DNA of 63,943 nucleotides, filler included, from Dimargaris cristalligena (Eukaryota): NCBI GenBank assembly GCA_003614675.1. It is 4 parts of 4 records of this genome, joined end to end, with 100 filler letters (N's around TTAATTAATTAA, not from the genome) between each part and the next. Parts side by side here need not be neighbours in the genome. Positions count along the whole stretch, not along the records: positions 50,256 to 63,943 come from ML002981.1; 3 more parts are not named here. One strand, 5' to 3'. Shown piece by piece: positions 52,028 to 63,943 of this stretch (position 1 is its first letter; each line of letters starts with the position of its first letter). The notes under the pieces were generated by a model. It saw only the letters and a program-made list of their open reading frames with translations, ran no database searches and was not told where the DNA came from. The position numbers and the translations under genes were made by a program.

Positions 52028-53047
52028 TCAAGCGGGGGACTGGCCGAAGCAAAAGTACAATTGGGAGGATGCTAGGGTGGCGGAGGGGGGAGGGGCACAC
52101 CCGAAGAACAGGGTGCCCACTGAGCGTGGTAGGTCGATGAACCCTGTGGGACTAAAGATCCCGAGCGAGTCATAAGTTAGTGGGTTGGATGGAAAGGGCC
52201 CTTTGCCAAGGATGGTGCGGAAGGCGGTCCAATACAAATGCAGCCGAAGGTTCGGAGACTCAGCCGACATTACTCAATTATCCGTAAATCCCGCGCTGAT
52301 AGGTATCTCGAGGGTGCTGGCGAAGGGGTTGAAAGTCATAGTGTATTGCTTTAGGAAGGGTCGACGAGCCGATATTATTATTAACGGTTGGGGTTCCGAG
52401 CTGGTTCCACTTACTCTTAGATGGCCCAAAGTATTCCAGTCCATTGGATGTCTAGAGGGAAACACACCCGTTCTCCCATTTTAGCGGCAATTCTTTTTTC
52501 CATAGTTGTGAAACACAGTGTACAGCCTTCAAGGATAGCTTACTATTCTGCCCTATGTGGCGAAAAAAAAAAATTGTTCTCCCTCTTCTATACTTGCTAG
52601 TGGAGTTCTCGATTGACCAAATACGATAAAGGCCCGAGTAGGCTATAGTCCCTTCGTGGTCGTATTCTTAAAATGCTACAGTGCCCCCCCTCGTCCTGTC
52701 CAAAGACCCTGTCGGACGGATAACGATAGTTTAACCCCCAGTGGCTGAGGTTCAAGCTAATGACAGAGTCACTCGGTTCTTGTTAACCTAATAGCTTACC
52801 GTATATGCCATTAAATACATGTTTGATTCAGTGATAGGAACTGGGTGTGCATAATTATATTGCCGCTGGGGTCCGGTCTTACGGCACTAGGTTTGGGAAT
52901 CCCGCTGGGGGCCGTGGTCTCCTTTTCAGGGCATTCTGGCATCGATGGTGGCGTCTCCTGGCAGGCAGGGATAGGGACGTTGGTCGGATTAGAAGAAACA
53001 CAGTCTGAGTTGGACACAGTTGGAATTGAGATAGTCAGAAGCAGCAA
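52028..53047 (-). pseudogene. Possible decayed gene
   Basis: ORFs 52274-52465 and 52028-52270 share one frame and are split by a TGA. A Pro/Thr/Cys-rich piece lies upstream at 52811-53047. Confidence 0.3.
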
Positions 53048-54828
53048 TAGGCAAGGTTACAACTGTGCCATTTTGTACGAATGTAATTATTATATTGGCG
53101 AGATTGTAAAGCCATAAAAACATAAAACAATGCATTGGGCCCAGTTATCTATCGTGAAGTGCCCCTCCCTGAATAAGTATAGAAAACCAATTGCTTTTAT
53201 GCCGGAAGCCATTGCACAATGGTTGTAACACATGGCCCTTAAAGCAAATCCAGATAGCAAAACTCGCGGTTAGATGCATCTCGAGGGCGCGGACAATTTC
53301 CCAATGGTCGTTATATCAGTACATCCACTTGCTACCATCCGAAATAGTCGATGGTGGCTGGTTTTGTTTATGTTATTCATGGGTGGAACTGATAGTCGGA
53401 CATTAACGCTTGGCCCATGGACCATCTGATGGCACTGCATATTCTCTATAACCGGGATACAACTGAATGACACTCGCTGAAATACGGCGGTGCCCTTTTA
53501 CCCCTCCAGCTGAAGGAGGACCCCACCTCAGAGGAATAAAATAATCTGCCCAAGCAGTCGACTATTGCCCTGTGTCTAGGAATCACATGCCAGGTGTATT
53601 AGTAGGTTTTAGACCATGATCTAGTTGGTATTTTATTACCTGCCTAGCTCAGCACTTTTAGTTATTTCTTATTTTCTAACCTACCAACATCTATTCTGAT
53701 AGCTTTATATCATTAATGGTGTAATTAATTCATAAGATAGTCCGTTGGAAAATATTTTGCGTATTAATTTATAGCTATTTTTGCTTGCAGTCCTCCCATC
53801 TCCCTCTCACTAATACCGACACTACCACTATTCTTGGGAGCACCTAGGAGCCATTCTATAAGCGGCCTTACTGATTGAAATGTGTACACTAGACTTTATG
53901 CTGCATCTGCCTATTGATCTGTATTACTCGGATATGTTCTTTTGTTCTTCTATGACCTCCCCTCCTATTTTCGGAATAGCCGACGCTCATTCAGCTGTAT
54001 GGAGTTATATCTTTACGAGCGAGGTAACACTCCCAACATTTAGTTTTTATTCCTGAGGGGAGGGGAGGGGGGGGGTTAATCCCCGAATTTTCTATAGAAT
54101 AGTGGTACTAGCTTGACTGGCCTGGCCGGTTTTAGCGTGGCCTAGACCACCCTTTCCAATTTCCCCACTTCGTATTAACACGTCTCTTCCTTTCTTTATT
54201 ATTATTATTTTTCTTCCTCCCACCCCCATCGGCCAGTCTTATCCACGCCAATGCAAATGCTTGTGTACCCTTGGGGTCTCTGCGGATTTATCCACTGTCC
54301 CACACTATTCACACTGTCTTGTAAAGGGGGACGTCCGTATAAAGGAACCGTAGCTAGGATATAGCTGTACGCAGGATATTAGGGGGGACAGAGACATACC
54401 TTGCGCACTCTCCCGTCCTGCCATTGCGGATCTTCCAAGTTTATATAAGCTGCCATCTTTTCCCGACCCATAATTAGACTGCCCTCCGATCTTTGTGATT
54501 TATATTCTCTCAGCTAGGTATAGCGTCGGCATATTAACATTTGTTTTTACCATGCACATGTAATGCCTGTATGAGTATTCTGTTTATTATTGAACCCTTA
54601 TGGCTTGTACTGTGGCCTGCTTTATTACCATATAGTGTTTCGCTTTTAAAATTCCATACGTTACTTTTCCAAAAAAAACATCCAATAGATTTAAACGACA
54701 TTATTATTTTTTAGAGATCTATACTATGCTATATATGTCAAGCCGTTCTTAGCTGCGAATATATTACCTCTACTACCCCCTACCCCATTTGTACACCATA
54801 GGCGCTTTGCCCCATATTTACCTTTAAT

Positions 54829-56472
54829 ATGAAATTAAGCGTAACTTTGTATACTTTGACCGCCGCGGCCACCCTCCTGTCTGCTAGCTCCACCATCGCC
54901 GCCCATGACGAGCCCCTTTCGAGCCCAGCCCAACTGCCCGCTTGGCATCGAGCAGCTTCTGGCGTGATCCGGAAATGGTTGCGTAGTGTGGACACCCCCC
55001 GTGAACAACAGGAAGTAGCGGAGGTTCACGGCCAACGCGGTACTGACGAGCTACCGGATTCTCCTCAGGTGGTTGAACCCAAGGTCGACGACTATACTAT
55101 TCCATCGGTGGTCGTCACCGACCCGGGCGGCGACTTCGTTCATCAGCTGCAGGTGGTCACTCCTCCAACTTCCGACGGAAATTCCGCTTCCACGAAGGTA
55201 CCTTCCATTCCATACTCGCCCCCTATCACGACCACCACCACCACTACTACTACCTCCCATGATAAGGTCCAGTCCAAGGTACCAGGTAAAGATAGAGATG
55301 AGGTAGGAGGAGGAGGAGGTGATGGAGATGGAGATGGAGGTCTGTCACCCTCATCCTCCCTCTGGGACAAACTGAGGGGTTGCTTTTCGTCAACCCCGAA
55401 AGCCCCCGTCGCTCCACCCCCATTAGTCCTACCGGTCACGAACCCGTCCGCTGACATTCTCGACTCGCCCTCTTCCGCAGAGGGGTCGCCTTCGTCCTCT
55501 TTTTGCCGGGCCGATTTTATGTTACCCCCCGGCACCGCGGTCCACATTGGCCGATTCGACGGGTTCGAAAAACTGTGGGTCTGTCGCATTAATCCCTTAG
55601 TCCCGACCCGCTTCGCCGACTATTGGGGCTGGATGCAGTACCAGGCTTTCACCAAGAACGGGTTAGGGCTGTTCAACTGGCCAATCGACAGCAGTACCAG
55701 CACCAGTAGCAGTAGCAGTAACGTCAAGGGGGGGTATAAGGATGGTGCCGGCGACTACCCGGGCGATATAATAATAGAAACGGAGCCCGTCAGTAGCCAT
55801 GCCTTTAAAGCGGGACTCGCCGCCATCCCCACTAACCCCGAACGAGTCCGTGAGCTTAAACGGTTGCTGATAGCCTCGATGCGTTGGTTGAGTCCCGGGG
55901 AATCCCCAATTGACCCCGTGGACCCTAGTTTGACGTACATTCGGCGGTACTGGTACTTGACCCACTTGAACCAATACGCCGTCAATGCGATTGGTGATTC
56001 GACTGTACCCACGGAGGAAGCTATAGAACAACAGCCCCCGTCAAGTTCCACTAGTGCTACCACCCCTGCTACTACTAATAGTGACCACGATAATAATGCC
56101 CGTCCTAACCCACTAGGGTTCCCAACGGCTCTATCCGAAGCGGATATCGATGTATTAGAGGCCCTGGGGTTTCCCCTGCGTCGCCCGGCTCCACCCCAGC
56201 CCAATCCCAAGTCGAAGGGCCGATACCTATGGTCCAAATTGGCCCCGTCCCCCAAGAGTCGTACCACCCCCGACCGCGAAGGTACCGAACGGTTGGAACG
56301 TATTAACGGACAGCTGGCCAAAATGGCCCAATTTTGGCCTACCGAGCCCTACACTGCCACCGATTTGGCCCACGCCTGGCTTCTCGCCCTCCAATGGGGT
56401 AAAATGCCCTCTTGGACCTGGGTACGCCTGCTGGAATTCGGGCTTAAGTCGGGATCTCTCTGCATTACTTAG
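54829..56472 (+). CDS. Secreted orphan protein, 547 aa, intronless (effector candidate)
   Basis: Signal peptide MKLSVTLYTLTAAATLLSASSTIAA. Low-complexity T/S/G linkers alternate with Trp/Tyr-rich, probably folded segments. Confidence 0.8.
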   Translation: MKLSVTLYTLTAAATLLSASSTIAAHDEPLSSPAQLPAWHRAASGVIRKWLRSVDTPREQQEVAEVHGQRGTDELPDSPQVVEPKVDDYTIPSVVVTDPGGDFVHQLQVVTPPTSDGNSASTKVPSIPYSPPITTTTTTTTTSHDKVQSKVPGKDRDEVGGGGGDGDGDGGLSPSSSLWDKLRGCFSSTPKAPVAPPPLVLPVTNPSADILDSPSSAEGSPSSSFCRADFMLPPGTAVHIGRFDGFEKLWVCRINPLVPTRFADYWGWMQYQAFTKNGLGLFNWPIDSSTSTSSSSSNVKGGYKDGAGDYPGDIIIETEPVSSHAFKAGLAAIPTNPERVRELKRLLIASMRWLSPGESPIDPVDPSLTYIRRYWYLTHLNQYAVNAIGDSTVPTEEAIEQQPPSSSTSATTPATTNSDHDNNARPNPLGFPTALSEADIDVLEALGFPLRRPAPPQPNPKSKGRYLWSKLAPSPKSRTTPDREGTERLERINGQLAKMAQFWPTEPYTATDLAHAWLLALQWGKMPSWTWVRLLEFGLKSGSLCIT

Positions 56473-56923
56473 TGGTGTCTCGGTTCGTTGCAATTATGAC
56501 CACTACTAAATGAAACTCACCGAGATGGATATATTGATAAATATACATCTAGAGAGAGAGAGGGGGGGTCGATTACTTTACATTACATCCCCCGCTTCTT
56601 ACCCATTTTATCCCCAAGTAAAATTAATTTCTATATACACATTGCCTGTGAATTCTATAATCACTGGTTGTAGGCTAGGCTTAATCCCCAAACATAAAAT
56701 CATTTATGTATTTAGACAACCCATATGGAACTTACTGCCCAATATTGGCTGAATAATGTAATAAACGGGGCCGTGGTCGAGCTAGCCATGGTTAACTTGC
56801 GTTGTGAAGGCCGGTATAGTGTTATTCCAGAAAGCCAGGGTGGAACGGGGCATGTGGTGGAAAGGGGAGATGTGGTAATTTCCAATGGGCTTTTTGGTGG
56901 GGCCGGCGGTGGTGTTCTAGGGT

Positions 56924-59334
56924 CTAGCTGGCGAAGGTCTTTAACTGGCCATTAAGCCAGTCTTCGTCAAACTGTTCCTTGTCTTGTAATTGGTAGGCCT
57001 AAAATTAAAGCAAAAATATCCACGTAGTAATTCCCTGAGGTTAGGTATGCCGAAGATCTGACTGGGTGAATGGTGAGACGAGAGGGGGAGGTGAGGGAAA
57101 TAGTGGTAGTGTATGATGGCGGTGTACAGAGTTTGGAGAGTGCCCCACTTTTCTGTAGCAAAATAGCCCCAAAGAAACTAAGAAGTAGCCGTTGCTCATT
57201 ACGGTGCAGATGGGGTGAAATAGAGGAAACGGAACTCCGGTTACAATTATAAATTCGGGGTTTCCCACCCTCTACCCTAGAAGTAGTACATCTAGGCCCC
57301 ATGTTTACTATGAGCATCCAATTAGAAAAGCAGTGTAACCAGTTGCAAAGACCCCCCTCCCCCCAGCCCTTAAAAGAAGGGTAGAAAAAGATGATTCAAA
57401 ACTTTTGGTTGGTAAACCACTGTCGATCCCGAAGGCTATGGGGTGTATCTGAGCTTTGCAATGACCGGGAAACAGCTATTTGGCTCCATTAAGGTTAAAA
57501 AAAAGTCCAGTTAATCCACTCTACAAAGAAAATCATAATATTACCTTGCCAAGGTCGTTTGTGTTTTGGAAAATGGGCTGGGCACTGGCGTAGAGCATGC
57601 GAGCCTCGGGGGAAGCTGATCAGTGGGGAGGGGGCCAAATAGGATCGAATATCAAAATGCGGTAGGAATAGACCCCCACATATGGCAATATAGCAAAATA
57701 TGGAGCATACGAATATACATAAAATAGATAAATTGTTAGTTTCATCCCAATGTACAGATGGGGAAAAATGCCGGCATGGTGTAATGGAGGCTGAGTGAGG
57801 CTATTCCTCCACAACTGGTAGATGTGTGACATTTCCACTTTCTAAATAGAATATTCGTCTGTAAAAGAGGCCGGTGGAAAAAAGGTAGGGGGGGAAGTTC
57901 ATCCATCATATTACAGGACTCCCCCCCACGACTACCTTCGGAGTTTCCCTATAATTGTGTAGGGGGGCTCTTACCGGAGGTCGGACAGTAGAAGACGAAG
58001 ACCAACGGGTAGGAAATCCGGCCCCTGTACTCGAACTTGCGTTGTTGAGAAATTACATGTTCAAAAATACAAAAATATAATGGTGTCACACGAGCATCTC
58101 GCGTTAATACAGGGCGGGGTTCTACATGAAGATGGGTGACTCGTAGCGACCGGATGAATACGGTTTAGGCCAATTCCGGAAAACAGCCCCCCGCTGTTGG
58201 AGATGGGGGGTTGGTTGAGTATCAACAGTGGCAACCTACCTTGTAGCTCAAGACTACATACGTATTGGCCGAAACGGATAAAACGGGGAAATCAGATGGA
58301 GAGTGGATACACATATATAACATAGTAAAGTACAGAGAATAAAGGAGTGGTCGAAGTTAAGGATTACACATGCATGTCAATCTAGAGCCCTAAAGGGGTC
58401 CGACTAGAGGGAGTTGGTAAAAGATCTCGGTGATAGATAATAATTGTAAGTATACATAGGTCACATGTAGTGAATCATGCAAATGGCTAGTGTGGCAATT
58501 GATAGCAGATAGTATAACAGAGGATATCTAGGAGCGTCGTCAGGCAATTCTTCGATCAAGTCTTCGAAAGTTACGTCTTTATGGACCTCGTCTTCGACCA
58601 CGCTGAGTTTCTTCCGGTCGATTTTCGCTTTATATTGTTAGTTTACGAGTGGGAGAGGAGAGCCGTAGCGGACCCAAAGGACGATGATATGATGCCATAC
58701 ATAAAGATACCTATATTAAAGTACTACTATTAGATTGGCCATCAAGGCGATTCCCTATTACATCAGAGAATAGTGCCAAATTTCGTCAACCACGGGCCAC
58801 AATAGGTCTCATATTGAAAGTAGACATGCTATGGAGGGGGGGTTCGGGTAAGGTAAGACAAGGTAGAGTGGATAAGTAGCAAGTAGTCCTGCATCAAACG
58901 GGAATAACCTACCGAAAAAGGCGGACATGGTTCCGCTTTGTTTGGCCAAGCGGAAGGACCGGAGACTCTTGGTCAGTTCGGGGTCCACGGTGCAGGTGAC
59001 GGTGGCCTAATTTAAGAGGGGAGTGGTGGGGGGGGGGTATATGGTTCAGTATTGAATTATCACCTGTTCGATATGGCCCCAAGTTCCGATGAGGTCAGTA
59101 CAATTTAATGATTACCCCAACTAGGGTCGGTATAGGTATGCCACTCATAGTTTTCCCATCTCACCCCCTCCTACTCGTACGGATTCCCCCCAGAGGTAAA
59201 TGGGGGTCCTGGCGGCAATCCTAGTGAATGCCCAAGGCCATTCCAGCAACAAAGCTGCTCGTGGAAGAGGGTACACGGTGGGGGAGCGGAGAGGATACTG
59301 CCAATAACCTATGGGGATTCCCAAGGCCTACCAT
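56924..59334 (-). CDS. GMF1: Glia maturation factor (ADF-H domain, Arp2/3 debrancher, Aim7/Gmf1), 141 aa, 7 exons: 59334-59332, 59006-58913, 58627-58528, 58261-58240, 58035-57975, 57615-57545, 56998-56924
   Basis: Spliced product M-ATVTCTVDPELTKSLRSFRLAK...KIDRKKLSVVEDE...EELPDDAPRYVVLSYK-FEYRGRISYPLVFVFYCP...RMLYASAQ...DEDWLNGQL. Exons total 426 nt with consistent phases. Not in the ORF track. Confidence 0.93.
58262..58527 (-). other. U12-type (minor spliceosome) AT-AC intron, 266 nt, in the GMF gene
   Basis: 5' site ATATCCTC, U12-like branch sequence TCCTTAAC at 58363-58356, 3' end CAATAC. Removing it rebuilds the conserved P-R-Y-V-V-L-S-Y. Confidence 0.9.
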
Positions 59335-60081
59335 TTCGTTTCGTTGCGATGGGCGGGGCTGGGAATGGAAGGGGGCTGTGGGGTTAGTTAGTGTGCGTAA
59401 TAAAGTGAGTTGGAAATAAAGGGGATTGGGCACAGCAAAAAAAAGGGGCAGGGAAAACAGGGATGTGTTCGCAGGAATGAGTTCACTAAGGACTGGTAGC
59501 ATGCGGGTCTGAAGGGATATCTATGTGTGTTTGTATGACGTTCACGGGTTCGGTTGGAGCGGTAAAAGATTCTTTAGAAGTACCAGTTATGTTGCTTAAG
59601 GAGGGCGATTCAGAGCCCGATAGGCAAACTCTAGGCTACGTAATTCACCTTACTCTTGTTCACCTCAACTTTCATAGGGGTGGGAGAATGGGTGCCTAAT
59701 TCCGCAAATGTTGTACCATTGTTTATATTGGGCTGAGACAAGGGATTCAAGGAGTATTCCTGTTCCAGTAGTTAATATTTGTAAACACCCGGTTTTCCCC
59801 ACTTTGCAATGATACAAAGAGTATAAGGTGGTTCCTTTTCCAAACAAAATGCCCCTATTTAGCATATGTATATCAATGTTATCGCAGTCTTCATTACTAA
59901 ATAAATACGCCATAAATTAGACTGCCGAGAACCACGAAACTAAGACCATCAAGATATTTTAATAAGCATGGATAATATAGATAATATTCAATGGAATAGC
60001 ATTCTATAGGTGAATCAGCCATATCCGAGGTAGAGACGTATATAAAAGGGGCTATTTCGGACCTGTGGGGCAGGTTATATT

Positions 60082-62593
60082 TCAGGTACTCGGTTCCTCG
60101 ACGGTAGCGGCATCCAAGGCTGAGTGGAAGGCCGCGAGTAGATGGTCCGCATGTTCCATACCGATACTGCACCGAATAAGGAATCGCGAAACGCCAAAGG
60201 ATTCGGCCCAATCCAACTCGTGGTAGTGGGCCAGAATGGTGTATGGGCTGATTAACGTGAAATTAGTGCCCAGCGATGGACCTTTGGCACAACAAATGGC
60301 GTCATAGAAACGCCGGGTGATGGCTTCGGATACGAGTTCGATGGACAGGAGCCCGCCGTAGCCTCCCTGGGGGTATTTGAGGGCGTCGTAGAAGGGGCGG
60401 AGAGTGTACTTGGGGTAGTGGATTTTGGTGACTAATTACCAGGAAGGGTGCGTGCGTGTGAGTGGAAGAAGTAGATATTGTAGCCAGTGAAGAAATAGTA
60501 GATAGGTGAGTAAACCGAGTGTTAGTCCGTGTAAAAAAAATATTTCACAGTATTCGGGCATTATTCAAATGGTTATTAATATAAAACTCCGGATTAAATT
60601 TATCCAAGCGAAGACACCGCTAGTAAGACTGCTTAACATACCTAGCGGATGCTGATTGAGCATGTCTGCCAATCGCTCAGCATTTTCATTAATGACTTGG
60701 ACCCGTTCGCGGAAGGTACGTGAATTGCGTTCCATAAAGACGGCGTCCTCACACCAGTACAGGTCCTCATAAAGAGTTTCAGCCGCCCGCGTGAGGGGCC
60801 CAAAGTATCTGCTCTGGGGGTTGATGACCATACTGTTGTCGTTGTAATCGAGGAGGGGAAGAGGTGTGGTGGTAGTTTACGGTAGATTATAGGCATTAGG
60901 GTTAGTCTAGTAGGAGGTCAAATCGCCTGTATTAAATATTTCATATAATATAAAATTGGGCTTAGATAGATACAATATTGATCCGCAGTGAGGTCATATT
61001 TTAAAGTGGTTCTTACCTTCCGCCCATCACATTGCTATCTCCGCTGAACACTTTAGTGAGGCTTGATACAATCACGTCGGCGTAGGCCATGGAATTAATA
61101 TTAATGAAATTTCCGATGGTTTCATCCACGACTATGGCAAACCCGTATTCGTCAGCCAGGGCGCGCAGCCGGGGCAGGTCGGGGGTTTTCAACAGCGGAT
61201 TGCTAGGACACTCGCAGAATAAGGCCAGTAAGGGGGCCGGGCTCGGCGATCCTGACTGTTTTTGACGGGCCTCTCTTAGGGTGGTTTCCAGGGCCTCGTA
61301 GTCAGGCCCTTCCCCAAGCCCAAAAAAGTGGCAAGGTGAATTGGTATCCCCGAATTTCTGCAGGATTTTAAGGGTGTCGGTATAAGGGAACCCGAAGCAG
61401 GCACTGGGTCCCATTTGGTTTCGGGCGTGTTGGAGGAAGCGGTGGGCATTGTAAATGGCGCTCATGCCGGTGGGGAAGAGGTACACTTGTTCGGCCGTCA
61501 GCAGGGGGGAATGTGGTGAAGTGTTGGCCGGGTCGGTGGTGGATGCTAAGTAATGGTGGTCAGGATGGGGATGGGCGACCGCCGCGGCGATACGCCGACG
61601 GAGCAGCAGCTTACAGTCGTTGGCCAGTTGGATATCGGTGTTCCGACCATAGCGGAACTCCAGGTAGTCCGAGACATCCTCGATGGGAGCGTCATCGCCA
61701 GCAACTTGGCGAGGGGTTTTGGATACCGACGGCTCAGAGGGACTGTTACTGGAAGGAGAGCTGCCTCCCTGTGCCTGACTAGAGGGGCTACGGGCGGCTG
61801 CTGATGAACGGCATTGGTAGCGCGAATGGGCCCCTCGCGGTGTCCATAGAGACCTAGTGGTCGGGGAAGGCGACGGAACCGCACTCCGAACAGGACCATC
61901 TGACCCCGAAGCAGTGCCGTGAATCACCCTCAGGCAATACGCGGCCAGACGGGAGGATATAATCTCCCCCGAGTGCTGCCAAAAGAGTTTGACCGTTCCG
62001 GCCATGGCCGTGGTATCGGGGTAGAACACGGCGTAGATATGGAAGGGTTGGTTACGAATATCTGTGGATGGAAGCTGTAGATGAGCGGGGATGAGATGAG
62101 TCACGACTCGGGTGGTGGCCGAGGCCGGGGTATCGGCGGGCTGAAAACGAGTCACAAAAGCCTGGCATTGTTTCGCCACCTGGCTGGAGGGTAATACGAG
62201 GCAGGCTTCTCCCGGAGCGCCGTAGTGCGATTCTAGATAACGGCAGAGCTACATTGCGAGCATTGGTGATATGCATGCGTAAATACGGCCGGTTAGTTCG
62301 AACTAATCCTCCCAATTGATATGTATATATTTACATGTGGGCGTGTCTATATACTCCGGCATCCTGGATCAGTCAAGATCAAATAGCCAATGTAATTTAT
62401 TTACCTCTTTGATGGCCTTATGGTAGAAAAAGCGGGGGTAGCCGCTCACCATTTTTTCGGAGATACGGGGTCTGCCTTCCTCGTAGTCAATATTGTCTTG
62501 CCACATGGGCAAAGACACGGAAACTGCGTGGTCGACATTGGCGGGAATGGGCATGCCCGGTTCCGAGATGGCAGGCAGTGGGACTGTCAACAT
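60082..62593 (-). CDS. STR2: Cystathionine gamma-synthase (PLP-dependent, Str2-like); exons 62593-62405, 62248-61017, 60832-60642, 60431-60082
   Basis: HAVSVSLP.W, GYPRFF, FWQHSGEIISSR, LFPTGMSAI, ECPSNPLL, VVDETIGNF, SLTKVFSG (PLP Lys), AKGPSLGTNFTL, IRCSIGME. Confidence 0.93.
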
Positions 62594-63943
62594 GGCTGTG
62601 ACTGGGGTAATAAGGAGACGGTTGGGTGGGGAAATGGGACAGGTGGGAATCGGCCAACTAGGAAGGAGGGGGGGGGTGTTGTCTCTATTTCCTTTTGCTG
62701 TCTTCAGACGATACGGCGTGAGTTACTAACAACTGTCGATAAGGGAAAGTCGGCAGTAAGTGAATAAAAATGCGAGTTAAATAGAGAACCCGGTAGTTAT
62801 GAGATGGCTGTTAAGTAATCAGGAGCGGGCTGGAGCGAAAAGAAGGAAGAGCTTGTATGCAGTATTCCCTTTCTCGCACAACTGTTTGGCGAGTCTTCGG
62901 TGGGCCGGTGGTTAGACGGTCGAAAAGGTATGTGTGGGTTTAGCGAGCAGGGGATTATTATACTCTAAGGGCACACGGCCTTGCCATACCTTGCGATCAA
63001 TAGGGGTAGAAGAAAGCGCGGAGGACACAGCTGATACAATAACAATTGGGGTATTTGGATCAAGGGTAAGTTAAGGGGGGAGAAGGTTAGCTGTAAATAT
63101 CCAAGGAGTCGTTGTCAGGAGAACCACGCGAGGCTGGCAAGGGGCGGCGTATTATCTTCGACAATGGCTTGGAATGACGAATATATATATATTCTCTACA
63201 CAGCATCTACATGCGGATATAGCTGTAGAAACAACAAAGGTTCAGGGATTAAAGGCAGCGTGTCTATTATATAATCGAAGCGGATAGATAGTAAGCAACC
63301 TCACACTAATAATCAAACTCTGCGAGACTCCTTGATGACTCACTGCATCTTATTGGCTTAGATTAGTTCGATTAATCAGATGGGTCACAAAGTAAGTAAA
63401 GTAGTCCTCATTGTCCCCCATTTCGAACCCACAAATATAATTTATGGTACATCACACTAGTCGGGACCATGTATTAAAACCATCTTGAGCTCGTTCCTAG
63501 CAGTCACTACTAGTATTCAATACCGGAGTGGTAGTAGCAAATAACGACACCGTTTAATCTCGGAGGAACCCCTTCTTATCAAAAAGGGAGCCCCCATCGG
63601 TGATTTATTTAAGTTAAAGGGTTTTAGTTTAGGAATGTGGAGTGGCGTGTGACGCCCACCATCGAGCCTTCTCCCCCACAGGAATTCGTCATCCACCCAA
63701 GAAAAGGGAATCCGGTTCTTGCTTTTCCCCCATGGGTGGGATCTGTGGGTAGTATAAAGCAAAAGCCAAGGTTTCCGGAGAGGTTTAATAGAACAAAAAC
63801 CTCTCTATTTGGAACTCTTTTTGCCCTTCATTAGCCAGTGGCGTATTTTTCCGTCTTTTTATATTGTCTGAGGTATTTTTTACTCTACCGTATTAGTAGT
63901 TTAGTTAGTCATACCCTCTTCCCTTCACTGTACTATTTATTGT

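Noticed and set aside
58325..58527. Read-through of the GMF exon (…PRYPLLYYLL…) or a GT-AG alternative
   Set aside because: It loses the conserved VVLSYK segment, whereas the AT-AC splice restores a 141-aa GMF.
1..63943. CRISPR arrays, rRNA/tRNA genes, prokaryotic operons
   Set aside because: None seen; the sequence is eukaryotic with spliceosomal introns. A tRNAscan/Infernal run was not possible.

Overview
Eukaryotic (fungal) scaffold with spliceosomal introns and four assembly gaps. The gene content, intron style and a minor-spliceosome intron suggest an early-diverging fungus; Zoopagomycota such as Dimargaris is a guess, not something shown by the sequence. Conserved genes reconstructed exon by exon: a PHD-finger protein, ICP55/XPNPEP3, exosome subunit MTR3, MYG1, an MRS2/LPE10 Mg2+ channel, GMPPA-type mannose-1-P guanylyltransferase, a Topors-like RING protein, a Zn2Cys6 transcription factor, a MARVEL protein, GMF/Aim7 (absent from the ORF track) and STR2-like cystathionine gamma-synthase. 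Accessory segments (about 16-20 kb and 33-56.5 kb) hold secreted orphan genes, decayed ORFs and a ~138-bp MITE family. Two signals stand out. (1) Three single-exon prepro-peptide genes have the layout signal peptide, dibasic Kex2 site, mature peptide: two give cationic, amphipathic, melittin/dermaseptin/candidalysin-like peptides and one gives a Trp-rich two-Cys peptide. Together they may be an undescribed secreted peptide toxin/signal repertoire. (2) The GMF gene carries a U12-type AT-AC intron with an unusually distant branch site.
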